NCBI GenBank assembly: GCA_951406725.2
Contig: OX597822.1
Location: 99,634,001 to 99,698,000 of the forward strand
Length of the DNA: 64,000 nucleotides
Reading direction: 5' to 3'
From: Octopus vulgaris
Taxonomy: Eukaryota
The notes under the pieces are model-generated. The model worked only from the letters and a program-made list of their open reading frames with translations. It was not told the DNA's origin and did no database searches. Positions within the stretch are counted from its first letter, which is position 1, and every line of letters begins with the position of its first letter. Positions 1 through 12,920 of the stretch are shown piece after piece. The translations under genes and the position numbers were made by a program.

Positions 1-779
1 GAACCCTCAGATTTACAGTGATACACTTACTTATTTCGAAACTACACTTTTGCATTATTACAAATTACTGCCCACCTACAATATTCTGAAGCACCCCCAG
101 GCACCAAAGTCTGGCGACAAGGTTTTAAAATTATTTCCGTAATCTGTTTCGATATTTCTTATGTCTAAAAGTTATTTCGCTAGCTTATTCATTTATATCT
201 TTCTTATAGGAGACTTTAAGTGATGTAGTAAGCGCTATAGTCTGTTGTTACCTTAAAACAGTTCTCAAAATATTTTAAAACTATCACCCACCGTTATTTT
301 CTAGCACGCTTTCAACGCCCACTTACTACGATTCAATAAAATTCAATACACAATGAGAAAAAAAAAATCACTGCCCGTAGGAAGATGGTTTCCATTAAAA
401 TACTACATGCACATGGATCATGTAGTCTTTCCCTTCGGCTAGTCTTTTAATACGAAATGTCAAAGCAACATTTCAACTAACAATATTCTTCCTACAACAG
501 GCCTAAGACCTGAAATTTTGAGGAAGAAGGCAAGTCGATTACATCAACTCCAGTGCTCGGATCTTTTCCTTTTGAACGGCAGTTTTCAACACAATTTCTA
601 GTTAACTAAACACTTTTAAACTTCAGCCCTAACCCAGTGCTCAACCGATACTTATTTTATCGACCTCGAAAGGTTGAAAGACAAACCCGACCTCGGCAGC
701 ATTTAAACTCAGGACTTAAAGCCGTAAGTAATGCGGCCAAGTACACAGTCCGATATGCTCGCAGTCCTTCAACCACTAA

Positions 780-1256
780 TATTTATTTCTTTACTACCCA
801 CAAGGGGCTAAACATAGAGGGGACAAACTAGGACAGACAAACGGAATAAGTCGATTACATTGACCCAGTAATGTAATAGATTTATTCCGTTTATTTATCG
901 ACCCCGAAAGGATGAAAGGCAAAGTCTACCTCGGCGGAATTTGAACTCAGAACGTAACGACAGACGAAATGCCTATTTCTTTACAACCCACAAGAGGCTA
1001 AACACAGTGAGGACAGACAAACGGATTAAGTCGATTATATCGACACCAGTGCGTGCGGTCGATGTAATCGACTTAATACCTATGTCTGTCTTTGTTTGTC
1101 CCCTCTCTGTGGGTAATAAAGAAATAGGTACTTAATTTATCGACCCCGAAAGGATGAAAGGCAAAATCGACCTCGGCGGGATTTGAACTCAGACGAAATA
1201 CGGCTACGCATTTCGCCCGGCGTGCTAACGGTTCTGCCAGCTCGCCGCCTTCCTTC
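780..1256 (-). mobile_element. Tandem array of tRNA-derived SINE with Nin/Sauria-like core (family B), with an internal inversion at ~1055-1128
   Basis: Minus strand reads GAGGTCGACTTTGCCTTTCATCCTTTCGGGGTCGATAAA (family consensus; Nin-domain-like core) with B-box GAGTTCAAATT; ~185-bp unit repeated; many dispersed copies in window. Confidence 0.8.
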
Positions 1257-1275
1257 AGCCACTAATATTACCAGA

Positions 1276-1495
1276 TGATAAGGTGGCGGCGAACTCGCAG
1301 AATTGTTTGCACGGTGGACGAAATGCTTAGCGATATTTCGTCCGTCTTTACGTTTGAAGTTCAAATTCATCCAAAGTCAACTTTTCCTATCATCCTTTCG
1401 GGGTCAATAAAATATGTAGCAGTTGAACACTGGGATCGATGCAATCGACTTATTCCCCCTCCTTGAAATTGCTGATCTACCAAAATTTGTAATCA
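1276..1495 (+). mobile_element. Family B SINE copy
   Basis: AAGGTGGCGGCGAACTCGCAGAATTGTT head, core CATCCTTTCGGGGTCAATAAAA. Confidence 0.75.
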
Positions 1496-1949
1496 AGATG
1501 TACACAAATTTGTACACAAGATTTTTTTTTTTTAACTAAGGCAATTTAAAAATGCATTCATTGTCTCACTTCCTTTGTCCTCAATATCCATATGAAATTT
1601 CCCACGAAACCCTCTAGACGGGAATGGGAAAATACTCCTTACTTTGAGAAGCACTGCTTTAAAATCTTAATATAAAAACGCGAAATCAGGTATCATTTTC
1701 TTTCTCTGCCCAGCTGGAAAGAGCAAACTGTAGCAGTGTTGGAAGCAGGAAGGGCAAGAAAAAGAAATTATTATATGGCGTGGTAGATGAGAATGCCATG
1801 GTGATAGTAACCAGCTTGTGAGACAGGCAATCATGAGAGCAGAGAGATAAACATAGGAAGGGATAGGAGGGATAGATAGGGAACGAGATAGAGCGAGTAA
1901 GGGAAAAGAGGAAAGAATATGGTTAAAGCTTTAAAGTAATAGTGCTGTT

Positions 1950-2245
1950 TTACCCCCCATATTCCGAGGTAATCGTTATCTCGAAGTTCTAGAAAATCCC
2001 CATTAAAAAATAACCATTTTTCCCCCTGGAAGATATAAGGAATCAAAGCCGACTCGGGTGAGTTTTTCTGAAAATCGAAAAAATGTTTTCACCGTAAATT
2101 CCGAAATAATCGTAATCTACACCCTCCGATGCGTATTTGTAAAAGATTTCATTAAAAAAAATATCGATTTTTCTGCAAGTTATGCGGAAGCAAAATCGGC
2201 AGGAGGGAGCCAAACTTGTGTAGGTATGCCGGGGGGGGGGGGTCG
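1950..2245. mobile_element. Unclassified DNA-transposon/MITE-like fragment
   Basis: CpG-containing non-SINE segment with short internal palindromes (AAAATATCGATTTTT); no termini identified. Confidence 0.25.
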
Positions 2246-2917
2246 GAAAGAATGAAACCATTGGTAAGAGAATAGGTGAAAACAGATTTTGAGTGAGAAA
2301 AAAGAAAAACAAAGTGAAAGATAGATAGGAAGAGCAGGATTAATGATTTCAAATTTGGGTACAAGGCCAGCAATTTTTAAAGAGAAGAGTTTACCAGAGT
2401 TCAACTGGTACTTATTTCATCGACCCCGAAAGCATGAAAGGTTATTCTTACTTTGGAGGGATTTTAACTCAGAACGTAAAGAGCCGAGAGAAATACTACT
2501 AAGTATTTTTGTTCGACTCGCTAACGATTCTGCTAGCTCATCGACTAACGAATGACGTGTGCGAGTCAGCGAGAATAATGGTGAGTGACTGGAACTAAAG
2601 TGAATAACTGAAAAGAGATAGAATGAAATAAAACTTGAAGCAAAGACATTAAGATTAACGGAACGATGCGAGTGGATAAAACCTGTTATTTTTTACGACT
2701 CTTTTTCCCCTCAACAGAAATTTTAAAGTTTTTTTTTATCGTTGTTCAACTTCAAACCAGCCCTAGTCAAACCCACTTTCACCTCAGGTCAAGGGCAGTC
2801 AACTTTGACCATCGCATGAATAATAAGAGAAAGGAAACGAGTAGGAAAAAAGACAAGCGATCAGAAGAAAAAAATGGACAAATACAGGAGGAAGAACAAG
2901 AGAAAAGAAAGTTATTT

Positions 2918-3394
2918 CAGGAAGCTTGCTTCCCAACCACATGGTTCTGGGTTCAGTCCCACTCTGTGACACCTTAGGCAAAGCCTTCTGAGTGGATTTG
3001 GTAGACAGAAACTGAAAGATCCCCGCCGTGTATATATATACACGTCCTTAGTCGAAAGACACCTGTTGTTATGTCCTGTAATTATTTTTATTGTATTTAT
3101 ATGTGTAACTTTGTCCGTTTTTTTTTTGTCGTCCTTGTTTTTGTATACATTCGCTGCTTTCTTCCAAGGAATCTAATGCTCTTAGCTTGGTTTTTCCTTG
3201 GGGCTGGCCAGATTGGAGCAATCTCAAGAATAATCAGCCTAAGTTGCGAGGATAATCTGGTGCTTGACTGAAGATAGAGGGCTTCGAATGACCCGCCCTT
3301 GTTTTCTTTGTGTCGCCTATCTGAATGTTTTGTTTTCCCTTTTTGTATCACCTAGCTGTCCTGATGTTTCGCGTGCTTGTCCCATTTTGTATTT

Positions 3395-3487
<93 letters not shown>

Positions 3488-3690
3488 ACTACCACCACCA
3501 TCGCTTGACAACCAATGTTGGTGTTTACGTCCCCATAACTTAGTGGCTCGGCACAAGAGAACAATACAATAAGTACAAGGCTTATAAAGAATGAGTCCTG
3601 GGATCGAGTTCTTCAACTAAAAAAAACCCTTTAAGGCGGTGCTCAAGCATGACCACAGTCAAAATGACTGAAACAAATAAAAGAATAAGT
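2918..3690 (+). mobile_element. CORE-like tRNA SINE (family A), split by a nested insertion at ~3042-3400
   Basis: 5' part GGGTTCAGTCCCACT...CACCTTAGGCAA, internal (TA)n(TG)n, 3' part ending ATGACTGAAACAAATAAAAGA. Confidence 0.8.
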
Positions 3691-3774
3691 ACACTAACGA
3701 AATTATAGGATAAGAAAAGCAATGTAACGCAGTATCTTTGTTCTGGAATTTTGGATCAAGATCTTTAATACCTC

Positions 3775-3978
3775 ATGGGGAAAGGATATATATATATGGA
3801 GAGTTTACGAAAAAAAACAAAAGACGAAGACAGGTGGTGTACAAAACAAACAAATGTATTAGTATAACGCTTAGGACTAGAAAAATTATTTTACGTTTCG
3901 AGCCTACGCTCTTCTACAGAAAGGGACACAGAAAAAACAAGGAGAGAAAAAAATGTGTGTAGTGGCTAACGATCTATA
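3775..3978 (-). mobile_element. Penelope-like terminal-repeat fragment with hammerhead-like motif (3889-3922)
   Basis: Minus: ttt CTGTAGA A GAGC gtag GCTC GAAA CG TA aaa; one core substitution. Confidence 0.55.
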
Positions 3979-4039
3979 TTTATTTATTCTATTTCTATAT
4001 TTACCATTTCTATGTTTCGTACAACAGAAATTATAATGC

Positions 4040-6250
4040 TGAAATATATAGTCGGTAGGCAAAATGAGTAATCTCCGATTTCTCTTTTCCCCCTATTTGT
4101 TTGAAATCGTTACATAGCAAGTATTGCGTCATCGTTTTGTAGTGTTGCATCGTCTTTAGGAGTAAAAAAATTGGTCAGTACAGTTGCTGTTGAGGTTGAG
4201 TTTGAAACAGTCCAGTGACACATTTTTTTAGCAAATTTTTCCTCAACTTTGACCCGTTTGTAATTGGGGTTGTTAATAAAATATCTGGATAATTTTCGGT
4301 GTTTAACAATCAAAATTCTTTTCTCTGTCGGATTCCAAGTCATTTTCCCCCTAAACTAATGTCTAATTTGATAATTTTCAAATTTTAAAAAAATGTCTGA
4401 ACTGAGACAAAATGAGTAATGACTAATTTCAATAACTTTTTCTCTTTAACTATACGGTGCCAAAATGTATCATGAAAAGAGCCACTCCAACAGAGGTTTT
4501 GGATTCAGTCGAGTTTCGTTAATTTCATATCAAGTGCCATTTTTCATTATCCGCCAATTTGAATTTCTGAACTTTCTGATGTCTAAGGATGGATACTGAC
4601 GTGCATGAGTCCTTTCTCAAATGTAATTCTGGAGAATCGAAGAGGCAAATTTATTTGCCCCAGCTAAATTTGTCCTTTATCTGCTCAAAAAGAACCGAGA
4701 TATTTTCTGAAATAGTGTTCAGATTACGTTGTTGTATTTTTAATTCATTTAGAGAAAGTCATTTGCTTAGCTGATATAGTTTTTGAAAGGTAGTAATCAT
4801 TTGTGAAAAACTTTTTTCTCAAAGTCAAAAAATCCAGTAAATCAAACTCATTGCCTCCTTCCTCTACATAAATCCGCACTTTTCCGTTTCCAGTATTCCT
4901 TGAAAAGTGAAAGAATTCTATAGAAAATTAATTATATCTTCTTTATTGCTTTCTGTTAACATTCTATTAATTCCTTGGGGAGTTTATTACCTCCTGTAAC
5001 TTTGTGATATTGCGCTAAAATATGAAATCTTTGTTCCTAACAGATCTTTTTCTTTTTATCTACCAGAGCTTTGATTTCCTTTATTCGCTCAGTCGCGCGG
5101 TCTATGGAGAGAGCTATCGCTAAATTTTAAAAAAAAAGCACTATACATTATTTCAATGTTAAAAAAATAATAAGACGAAGTACTACAACTATATATGGTT
5201 GTTCAGTATCATGGGATTTCCAGAAAAATAAATCGAGAAAAGCGCTTGGAAGAATGGTTATATTAAAAGTAAGGTCAAGAAGTAACGAGTGAATTCGTTC
5301 GTAACAAAGATTTCAGACAGCACAAGATCAAAAATTTATAAGACGAAATGAACTACCCAAGTACATCAAATGATAACGGAAGAAAAATTACCACGATGAA
5401 TGGTAAATAGAAAGGAGATACAATTACTTGCCTTCAAAATTATGTTTCCGTATTAGGATGAAGGGGGAGTCAAAAAGCGCTCCCCAAAATATACATGAAA
5501 CTATATTTAGAACCCAGATGAAGTTTGGAAAATAATGAAAATAAAAAGTCATATTTACATATTTCGTTGATTGCCGATAACATAGTCAAAAACAGATTCG
5601 GGCCATTTAATTAGAAGATAAATCTTCAAATCCGTTGGGTTTTTAACATCGTTTCACCGGTGGGACCTTACCAAGGTTCTTTTTAATGGCAGGGGAGAGA
5701 ACATAGATCGATTGAGATCAAAGTGAAACAATCTGGCAACCAGCGTGATTAAATATCAGATAGAAGATATTTGGGGAGGGTTGCATAAGACTTCGCTTTA
5801 AGTAGATCTGTGAGTGTCACAAATAAATTGAGTAATACAAGGGTTGGTGAGGGTCATCATATATATTACGATAATAAATGAGTAATGACAAGATAATGTA
5901 TAAAAAATATCAATACCTATTTGATTTACATCTTACCGTAGAAAATAAAGCCATAACAGTGGTTGTAACGACGAAGAGAAAATGTAAAAAATTATCATTG
6001 ATTACTTGTAATAAGTGGGACAAAATGTACCCATAAATTATTACGTTCCGAGGATAATACTTGACATAAGCTGCCATCTTATACAAGAGTAGTTTCGTGT
6101 CTAAGCCACTTATTGTTACGAATTTAAAAAAAAAAAAAAATTAGCACGAAATTTATATAAGTTTATTTTTCAGATACCGTTATATAATTACAGGCGCGTG
6201 TACACATTCTTCAGCAATAAATAGCAGTTTTCTCAAGAGGGCATTTATAA
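4040..6250. promoter_or_regulatory. Repeat-poor, CpG-retaining island; candidate promoter/first-exon region
   Basis: No SINEs or microsatellites over ~2.2 kb; YY1-like AAGATGGCAGC on minus (6070-6080); minus donors ACG|GTAAGA (5937/5936) and TTG|GTAAGG (~5672). Confidence 0.4.
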
Positions 6251-6760
6251 TCTTAACATAATAGAAAATTTACTGCCACTTGCAACTGACAGCATTTAAC
6301 CCTTCGAGGCCTAACATTTATTTTGCACTTTTAAGTGTTGCCCTAAAATATCTCGGGAATATCTTACGTGTATACTATAATCTTATAATCTAAGGGCCAA
6401 GTATACCCCTTAAATTTCAAGGAATGTTGGCAATTATACAACTTTACAATCTATGAACTAACTTTTTGTGTGTAAACTTCAGTTTCTGAGGGAATATTTA
6501 GGAGTTTAAATACAGAAGAGTTACTAACACTGCAAGGAACATTAAACATATCTCAAGGAGTGCAACTGTTTAAATGGAATCTTAACATCAATTTCACTGT
6601 AGCCTTCCTTGTACCAAAATTCGAAATATTTATCATTCCTGGAGTGGCAGCTTGGCAAGAATCATTTGAACATTGGGAAAAAGTGCTCCACAGCATTTCT
6701 TCCAGCTCTTTATGTTCTAAGTTCAAATACTGGCAATGCGGACTTTGCTTTCATTCATTT

Positions 6761-7070
6761 TTTATTATTTATTTATGCACCCTTTTCAAGCCTAGCCAGG
6801 CTCATGGGCCCGGTTTCTGTGGTGTATGTGTTCCCTCCAGCTGGACGGGACGCCTGTCCATTGCAATGTTACTCAAGGAAGAGGAAGAGAGAGTGAGAGA
6901 AAGTTAGGACGAAAGAGTACAACAGGGATTGCCACCACCCCCTGCCAGAGCCTCGTGGAGATTTAGGTGCTTTCACTCAATAAACACACACAACGCCTGG
7001 TCTGAGAATTGAAACCACGATCTTTCGACCGTAAGTCCGCTGCCCTAACCACTGGGCCATTGCGCCTCCA
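6761..7070 (-). mobile_element. tRNA-head SINE (family E, OR-like head) with V-domain-like tail
   Basis: Head TGGAGGCGCAATGGCCCAGTGGTTAGGGCAGCGGAC; 13-bp TSD CTTTCATTCATTT (6748-6760, 7071-7083). Confidence 0.85.
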
Positions 7071-7181
7071 CTTTCATTCATTTGCTGTCAGTAAAATAAA
7101 GTACCAGTTAACTACAAGGGTGGATGTAGCTGTGTGCAAAAATTAGCATTCTTCTTATTGTTGTTAAGATAGTGAGCTGAT

Positions 7182-7560
7182 CAGTGGTGGCTCGCGTTTA
7201 GGAACTGCAGGACTGCAGCACCCCCTATTTCCACTCGATGCTATCGATAATGTTCAATATAATGAGTCCTTTTTTCTTTAATTCTTTCTTTATATTTGTA
7301 CATTATATAATCTTTAAGCTAAATGTCAGTAGCCATCCCCTAATTTATGTAAAAACTACAAAAATCCTTGTTTAGAATTGTGCACTTCACAGTTACAGCG
7401 ATGCGGTGTTTGGCTGTTGTGCACCTGCTCACATGTCTGATGTAGGAAGCTTCACACTAGGGAGGGAGAGCACTGCATGAACGACAGTGCCAGGCGAAAG
7501 GTAATGTTTCTTTTTGACTCCGCATGTGTTGTGCTTAAAAACATGTTTATATTCTTGAAT
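7182..7560. mobile_element. Possible hAT-type element end
   Basis: Starts CAGTGGTGGCTCG followed by GCAGCACCCCC, resembling hAT termini; other end not found. Confidence 0.3.
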
Positions 7561-8116
7561 GTGATAAAGTGTAGAATTAGATTATTATCCTGCTTCCAGA
7601 TATATATATATATATAATGATGATGATATATACACATATATATGTGTGTGTGTATGTTTGTGCATCTGTGTTTGTTTGCCCAACATTGCTTGACAACCGA
7701 TGCTGGTGTGTTTACGTCCCCATAACTTAGCAGTTCAGCAAAAGATACCGATAGAATAAGTACCAAGCTTACAAAGAATAAGTCCCGGGGGGCGATTTGC
7801 TTGACTAAAGGTGGTGCTCCAGCATGGCCGCAATCAAATGACTGAAACGAGTAAAAGAGTAAAAGAATATGCCAGACAACATGCTTAGCAGCATTTCATC
7901 CGACTTTACATTCTGATTTCAAATTCCACAAGGTTAACTTTGCCTTTCATCCTTTCGGGATCCATAAAATGAAGTACTGGTTGAGCACTGGGGTTGATGT
8001 AATCAACTAGCCCCCTTCCCAATGAAATTTAAGGGCTTGTGCCTATTGTAGAAAGAATTATTATTGTTGTTGATTAAAGAAGAATATTCTTAGTGAAACT
8101 CTTTGAAATAAATCCT

Positions 8117-8332
8117 CATCATCGTTTAACATCCGCCTTCCATGCTAGCATGGGTTGGATGATTTTGACTGAGGGCTGGCGAACCAGACAGCCGCACCAG
8201 GCTCCAATCTTGATCTGGCAGAGTTTCTACAGCTGGATGCCCTTCCTAACGCCAACCACTCCGAGAATGTAGTGGGTGCTTTTTACGTGCCACTGGCATG
8301 GGGGGCCAGTCAGGCAGTACTGGCAATGACTT
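8117..8332 (-). mobile_element. Family C non-LTR repeat (RTE-type (GAT)n tail), 5'-truncated
   Basis: GGTTGGCGTTAGGAAGGGCATCCAGCTGTAG core and GTTAAACGATGATG tail on minus. Confidence 0.8.
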
Positions 8333-8339
8333 CAGTGAT

Positions 8340-8590
8340 ATAATAATGAAATTATTGTGTATAGAGCTCAGGTGCACTGCAACTCATGAAAGGTGCATGT
8401 ACAGTACATAGAATTATGTACAAAAGTCAGGAAAGTGAATAACGTATGAGTCGTGATATACATGTGTGCATGCGTATGGAGCGGGTAGATATCAGGTGTA
8501 GTGTTGGCGAATTTCAGGAAGCATGGAGGTTTTAAAGGTTGCAATATCTCGGCAGGTATTTTGTTCCATGCTTCATGAAAAAATGTTGTA
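8340..8590 (-). mobile_element. CR1-like LINE 3' end relic
   Basis: Minus translation EAWNKIPA then, after a frameshift, RDIATFKTSMLPEIRQHYT*; resembles CR1 ORF2 C-terminus; ATT-type tail. Confidence 0.55.
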
Positions 8591-9117
8591 CATTATAAAT
8601 GTTTCTTATTTTGTGCAATACAATATTTTACTGGTTAAATGCTTCAGAATGGCAGTCTTTGTTTGTTGTTCTTTTTTTAATCTGGGAAGCAGAAATATAT
8701 AGTAAACAAAATAATATTAACAAGAAGACTCTAATTACACAAAACTGCAAAACACTCCAAGAAAATTGCTAGAAAAGTTCGACAAAACCTGATGTGAAGT
8801 TATTTGGTTTCATAAATAAATCATACTTAGTGTTGCTGACATACAAGGCTTAATTATCAGATGTACTTGCTATAGCAAAACAGCATTCTAAACAGAATAG
8901 GTATATACTTTCACACTTAGGAAAGGATATTACTTCCAAAAGTCTACCAGCCTTATTATATAGGAATGAAGAGAATGCATCAACCAACCTATCACTTAAT
9001 CCAACTCATAAATACTCAGGTATATTTTACAAAAAGAAATCATACTTTTTATTATTTTAAACTACATTAAAGGTCCCCCCCCCCCGCCACCGCTATTCTT
9101 TCTTCCTAGGTATACTC

Positions 9118-9468
9118 ATCATCATCATCATTTAACGTCCGCTTTCCATGCTAGCATGGGTTGGACGATTTTGACTGAGAGCTGGCGAACCAGATGGCTG
9201 CACCAGGCTCCAATCTTGATCTGGTAGAGTTTCTACAGCTGGATGCCCTTCCTAGTGCCAACCACTCCGAGAGTGTAGTGGGTGCTTTTTACATGCCACC
9301 AGCACGGGGGTCAGTCAGGTGGTACTGGCAATGACCTCACTCAAATCTTTTTACACATGCCACCGGCACAGGTGCCAGTAAGGCGATATTGGTAACGATC
9401 ATGCTCAAATGGTGCCTTTTACGTGCCACGGCACAGGGGTCGGTCAGGTGGTACTGGCTATGACCTCG
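9118..9468 (-). mobile_element. Family C repeat
   Basis: Same core and tail; internal ~65-bp repeat units. Confidence 0.8.
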
Positions 9469-9764
9469 ATTTTATTATTTGGCATTGTGATGTTCTATAC
9501 ATTTCTTTTATTCTTTCAGTGGGTTATATTACAGGGTAATCATCACCATTGTTTCAACATCAACTTTTCCAGGCAAGGCTGTGTAGTGAGAAGTTTGCTT
9601 CTCAACCACATGGCTCCACATTCAGTTTCACTGCTTGGCACACTAAGCAAGTGTCTTCCACTATAGCCCATGGCTGACCAAAGCTATGTGAATGGATTTG
9701 GTATACAAAAACTGGAAGAAGCCCATTGTCTGTATATATATATATACATATACACATATATGTG

Positions 9765-9806
<42 letters not shown>

Positions 9807-9967
9807 CACACACACACACCATATTTTAATATGTATAAGGAACCCTTTTTCGTCAAAAATTAGGTTAAAAGAATATGGGAGTTTCTTATACATGGATAGA
9901 GTACTATAATCCCTTACAAAATTTTTTTTCCAAATTTTAAGCCCCCAAAATTAAAATACGGTATGTC

Positions 9968-10003
<36 letters not shown>

Positions 10004-10349
10004 ACCACACATATATCTGTGTGTCTTTGTGCATGTGTTTGTCCCCAACCACCACTTGGGACAACCAGTATTAGTTTGTTTACATCCCTATAATGGGGCA
10101 GTTCAGCAAAGGAGACCAATAGAATAAGTGCCAAGTTGTAAAATAAGCACTGGAGTCAATCTATTCAATTAAACCTTTCAAAGCAGTGCCCCAGCATGGC
10201 CACAGTCCAATGACTGAAGCAAATAAAAGATAATGGATTGTACCAGTAATTCAAAATGTATGGCCATGTTACATGCATAGTCACCTGAGAATTTATTAAA
10301 GAGTAAATGTGTTTATGGAGTGTCCATACACTGAGACATAATTTAAAGA

Positions 10350-10665
10350 GCTTGGCTTAGTGGTAAGGGGTATGTGGCTCACGATTGGTCGGTGAGTTCG
10401 ATTTCCAGCAGCACATTGTGTCCTTGAGCAAGACACTTTATTTCACATATATCCAGTCCACTCAGCTAGCGAAAATTAGTTGTACCTGCAATTCATAGAG
10501 CCAGCCTTGTCACATTTTCTGCTGCATTGAATCTCCTTGAGAACTATGTTAAGTGTATGTGTGTCTGTGGAGTACGGACCCACTTGCACATGAATTTCAC
10601 AAGCAGGCTTTTCCAAAGATCAGATTAACTGGAACACTCGTTATTGTAATCAACAGAGTGCCAAT
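10350..10665 (+). mobile_element. tRNA-head SINE (family D)
   Basis: A box TGGCTTAGTGG, B box GAGTTCGATT, core TGTCCTTGAGCAAGACACTTT. Confidence 0.8.
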
Positions 10666-12920
10666 GTTAGTCTAGTTGATCAAACAACTGCATAGTCATC
10701 ATTATAAGTGGTGGAAACCCATTACCATGTAACAGAATTAGGTAGTGTTTGTTGGATAAACATTTTATTTATTCTTTATTGTAATCAGATAGAATGCCAG
10801 AGCAAATGTTAAACCAATGATATGGTGTGTTTTTCCAAAGAATTAGGCTTAAAAAATAAACTAATAGAGGTTTAGCAATTGGTTAAGAGATAATCTGTAA
10901 ATTTATCCAACCTGTGACGTTATGAAAAGAATCCATGTTAAATAAATCCTAATAATCAATTATGAAATGAACCAAGATAAAAACAAATATTAAATAATAA
11001 AAAGAATAAAAATTTATGATATAAAAATGAATATCTTCTTGATCTCTAATGTCAAGATATTAATCACTCAAATAATTTCATGATTTAACACACTTCACTT
11101 CAATAATTGAGACCAGACTGAAAAGGAAATTAATTTTTGGTGGCTCATGAAGATTGTAGTTGGCAAAGTTGTTAGAGTGGCAGCCAAGGAAAACTTTATG
11201 AAAAGCCAATGGTTTACATGCCATAATGGATGTCATTGCACTTCGTTCTCATATAAATACTTTAAAACTTCCATGGCTCAACCCTTCAAACGACGAATGG
11301 CTGTCACAATGTGGAACAGTTCACTATTGTGGGCTTTAAATGCTTAACATAATAAATGCTTCATAACTTGTATTACTAGAAAAAAAACCTTTTTTTCTAT
11401 AATTCTGTTGAAACACAGGGCCCTCGTTTCAGTTAATTTTGAATATCTTTTATCTTTTTCGCTTTAACTTGTTTCACTCATTGATCTGTGGCCAAGTTGA
11501 GCCCTACTTTGAAGGATTTAGTGAAACAAATCAACCCCAGTACTTATTTTTAAGTCTGATGATGAGTCATGTCTCATGGCCCACTACTCAAAAAAGGTTG
11601 CCCATGTGTGGTTTATGCCATAGGGAAAGAGTAATTTCTCTTCTACCACAGAGTATAAAACATATTCTATTATTGTTTCAATGCTTTTTTTTTCTTTTTG
11701 CTTTTACCAAAAGAGAACATCACTAACTTTCTTGGATCCTACTGTTGTACTCTCACAAGATTGGTATATTTTCCAAGACATGATGTGTAAGACAGAGTAA
11801 AAGAAAAGGTTGAAGCCCTTGTGTAAATGTGAAACAAAAACCAAAACATCAAAGGTGAAAATCTCTTGCACAACAACTATAAAGAGAAGTAGAGAATTAC
11901 ACACGGACGATGAAAAGATATTAAAAATGAATACAAGAATACAGTGCTATATAAAGAATTTAAGGCACAGAAATGGCTCTATGTTTAACCCTTTAGCATT
12001 CAGATTATTTTGTCAAATGTAATGCTTCATATTTTATTAAATTAATCTTGTATTATCTCCTAGCTTTGAGATTTCAATGTTGAAATTGCTTATTTTTAGA
12101 ATGACATTGCACAGTAGGTGTGAGAGGCTGGATCATGCCACTTTAAACATAAAACAGGTAGAATATCTGGGCTGGATATGGCTGGTTTATATGGTAATGT
12201 GTTAAGAAGTTTGCTTCCCAACCATGTTGTTTTGGGTTCAGTCCCACAGTGTGGCACTTTGGGCAAGTGTCTGCTACTATAGCAATGCCCTTTGTTTCCA
12301 ATATTCATTGAAAACACCCAACTATTGGGAAATATTAACTTGCTTTGAATCAGGGGAAGGTTTGTGACAGGAAAAGCATCCAACCATAGAAAATTTGCCT
12401 CAACAAATTCCATCTCTTCTACACAAGCATGGAAAAGTGTATGTTAAAACAATGAAGATAATTGAATAAGGGTTAATTTAAAGAAGACAGATACAAGATC
12501 ACAAAGATGGAAGCTTGGAAAGCTTTTATACCATTTAATGTAGTTGTAGCATAATGTACATTAAGTGCTTCAAACTGTACAGGGTTAGTTTTAACTAACT
12601 GAATTACTCTAGAGATAGATTTCATAATGACAAGTCAGTCAGTTATTATTAATAATGAATGAAGCCACAAAAGATACACAGAAGAGGTGTAGAAACTAAA
12701 TGAAGGTAATGTTATCATTTCAGCTAATACAGACTGAAACGGATCGTAGGGCATTTAATATGCAGATCAATATGATATAAGTGCAGGCATGGTTGTGTGG
12801 TTAAGAAGTTTGCTTCTGAACCCTCTGTTTCCAGGTTTAGTTTCAATAAATGGCAATGGATATGAACTCACATCTTCTATGAGATAGCATTAAACCAAAT
12901 CAAGTCTCCAAATTTTCTCC

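Noticed and set aside
8861-9019. Plus-strand phase 1-1 open exon-like segment
   Set aside because: Weak acceptor, no recognisable homology, expected by chance
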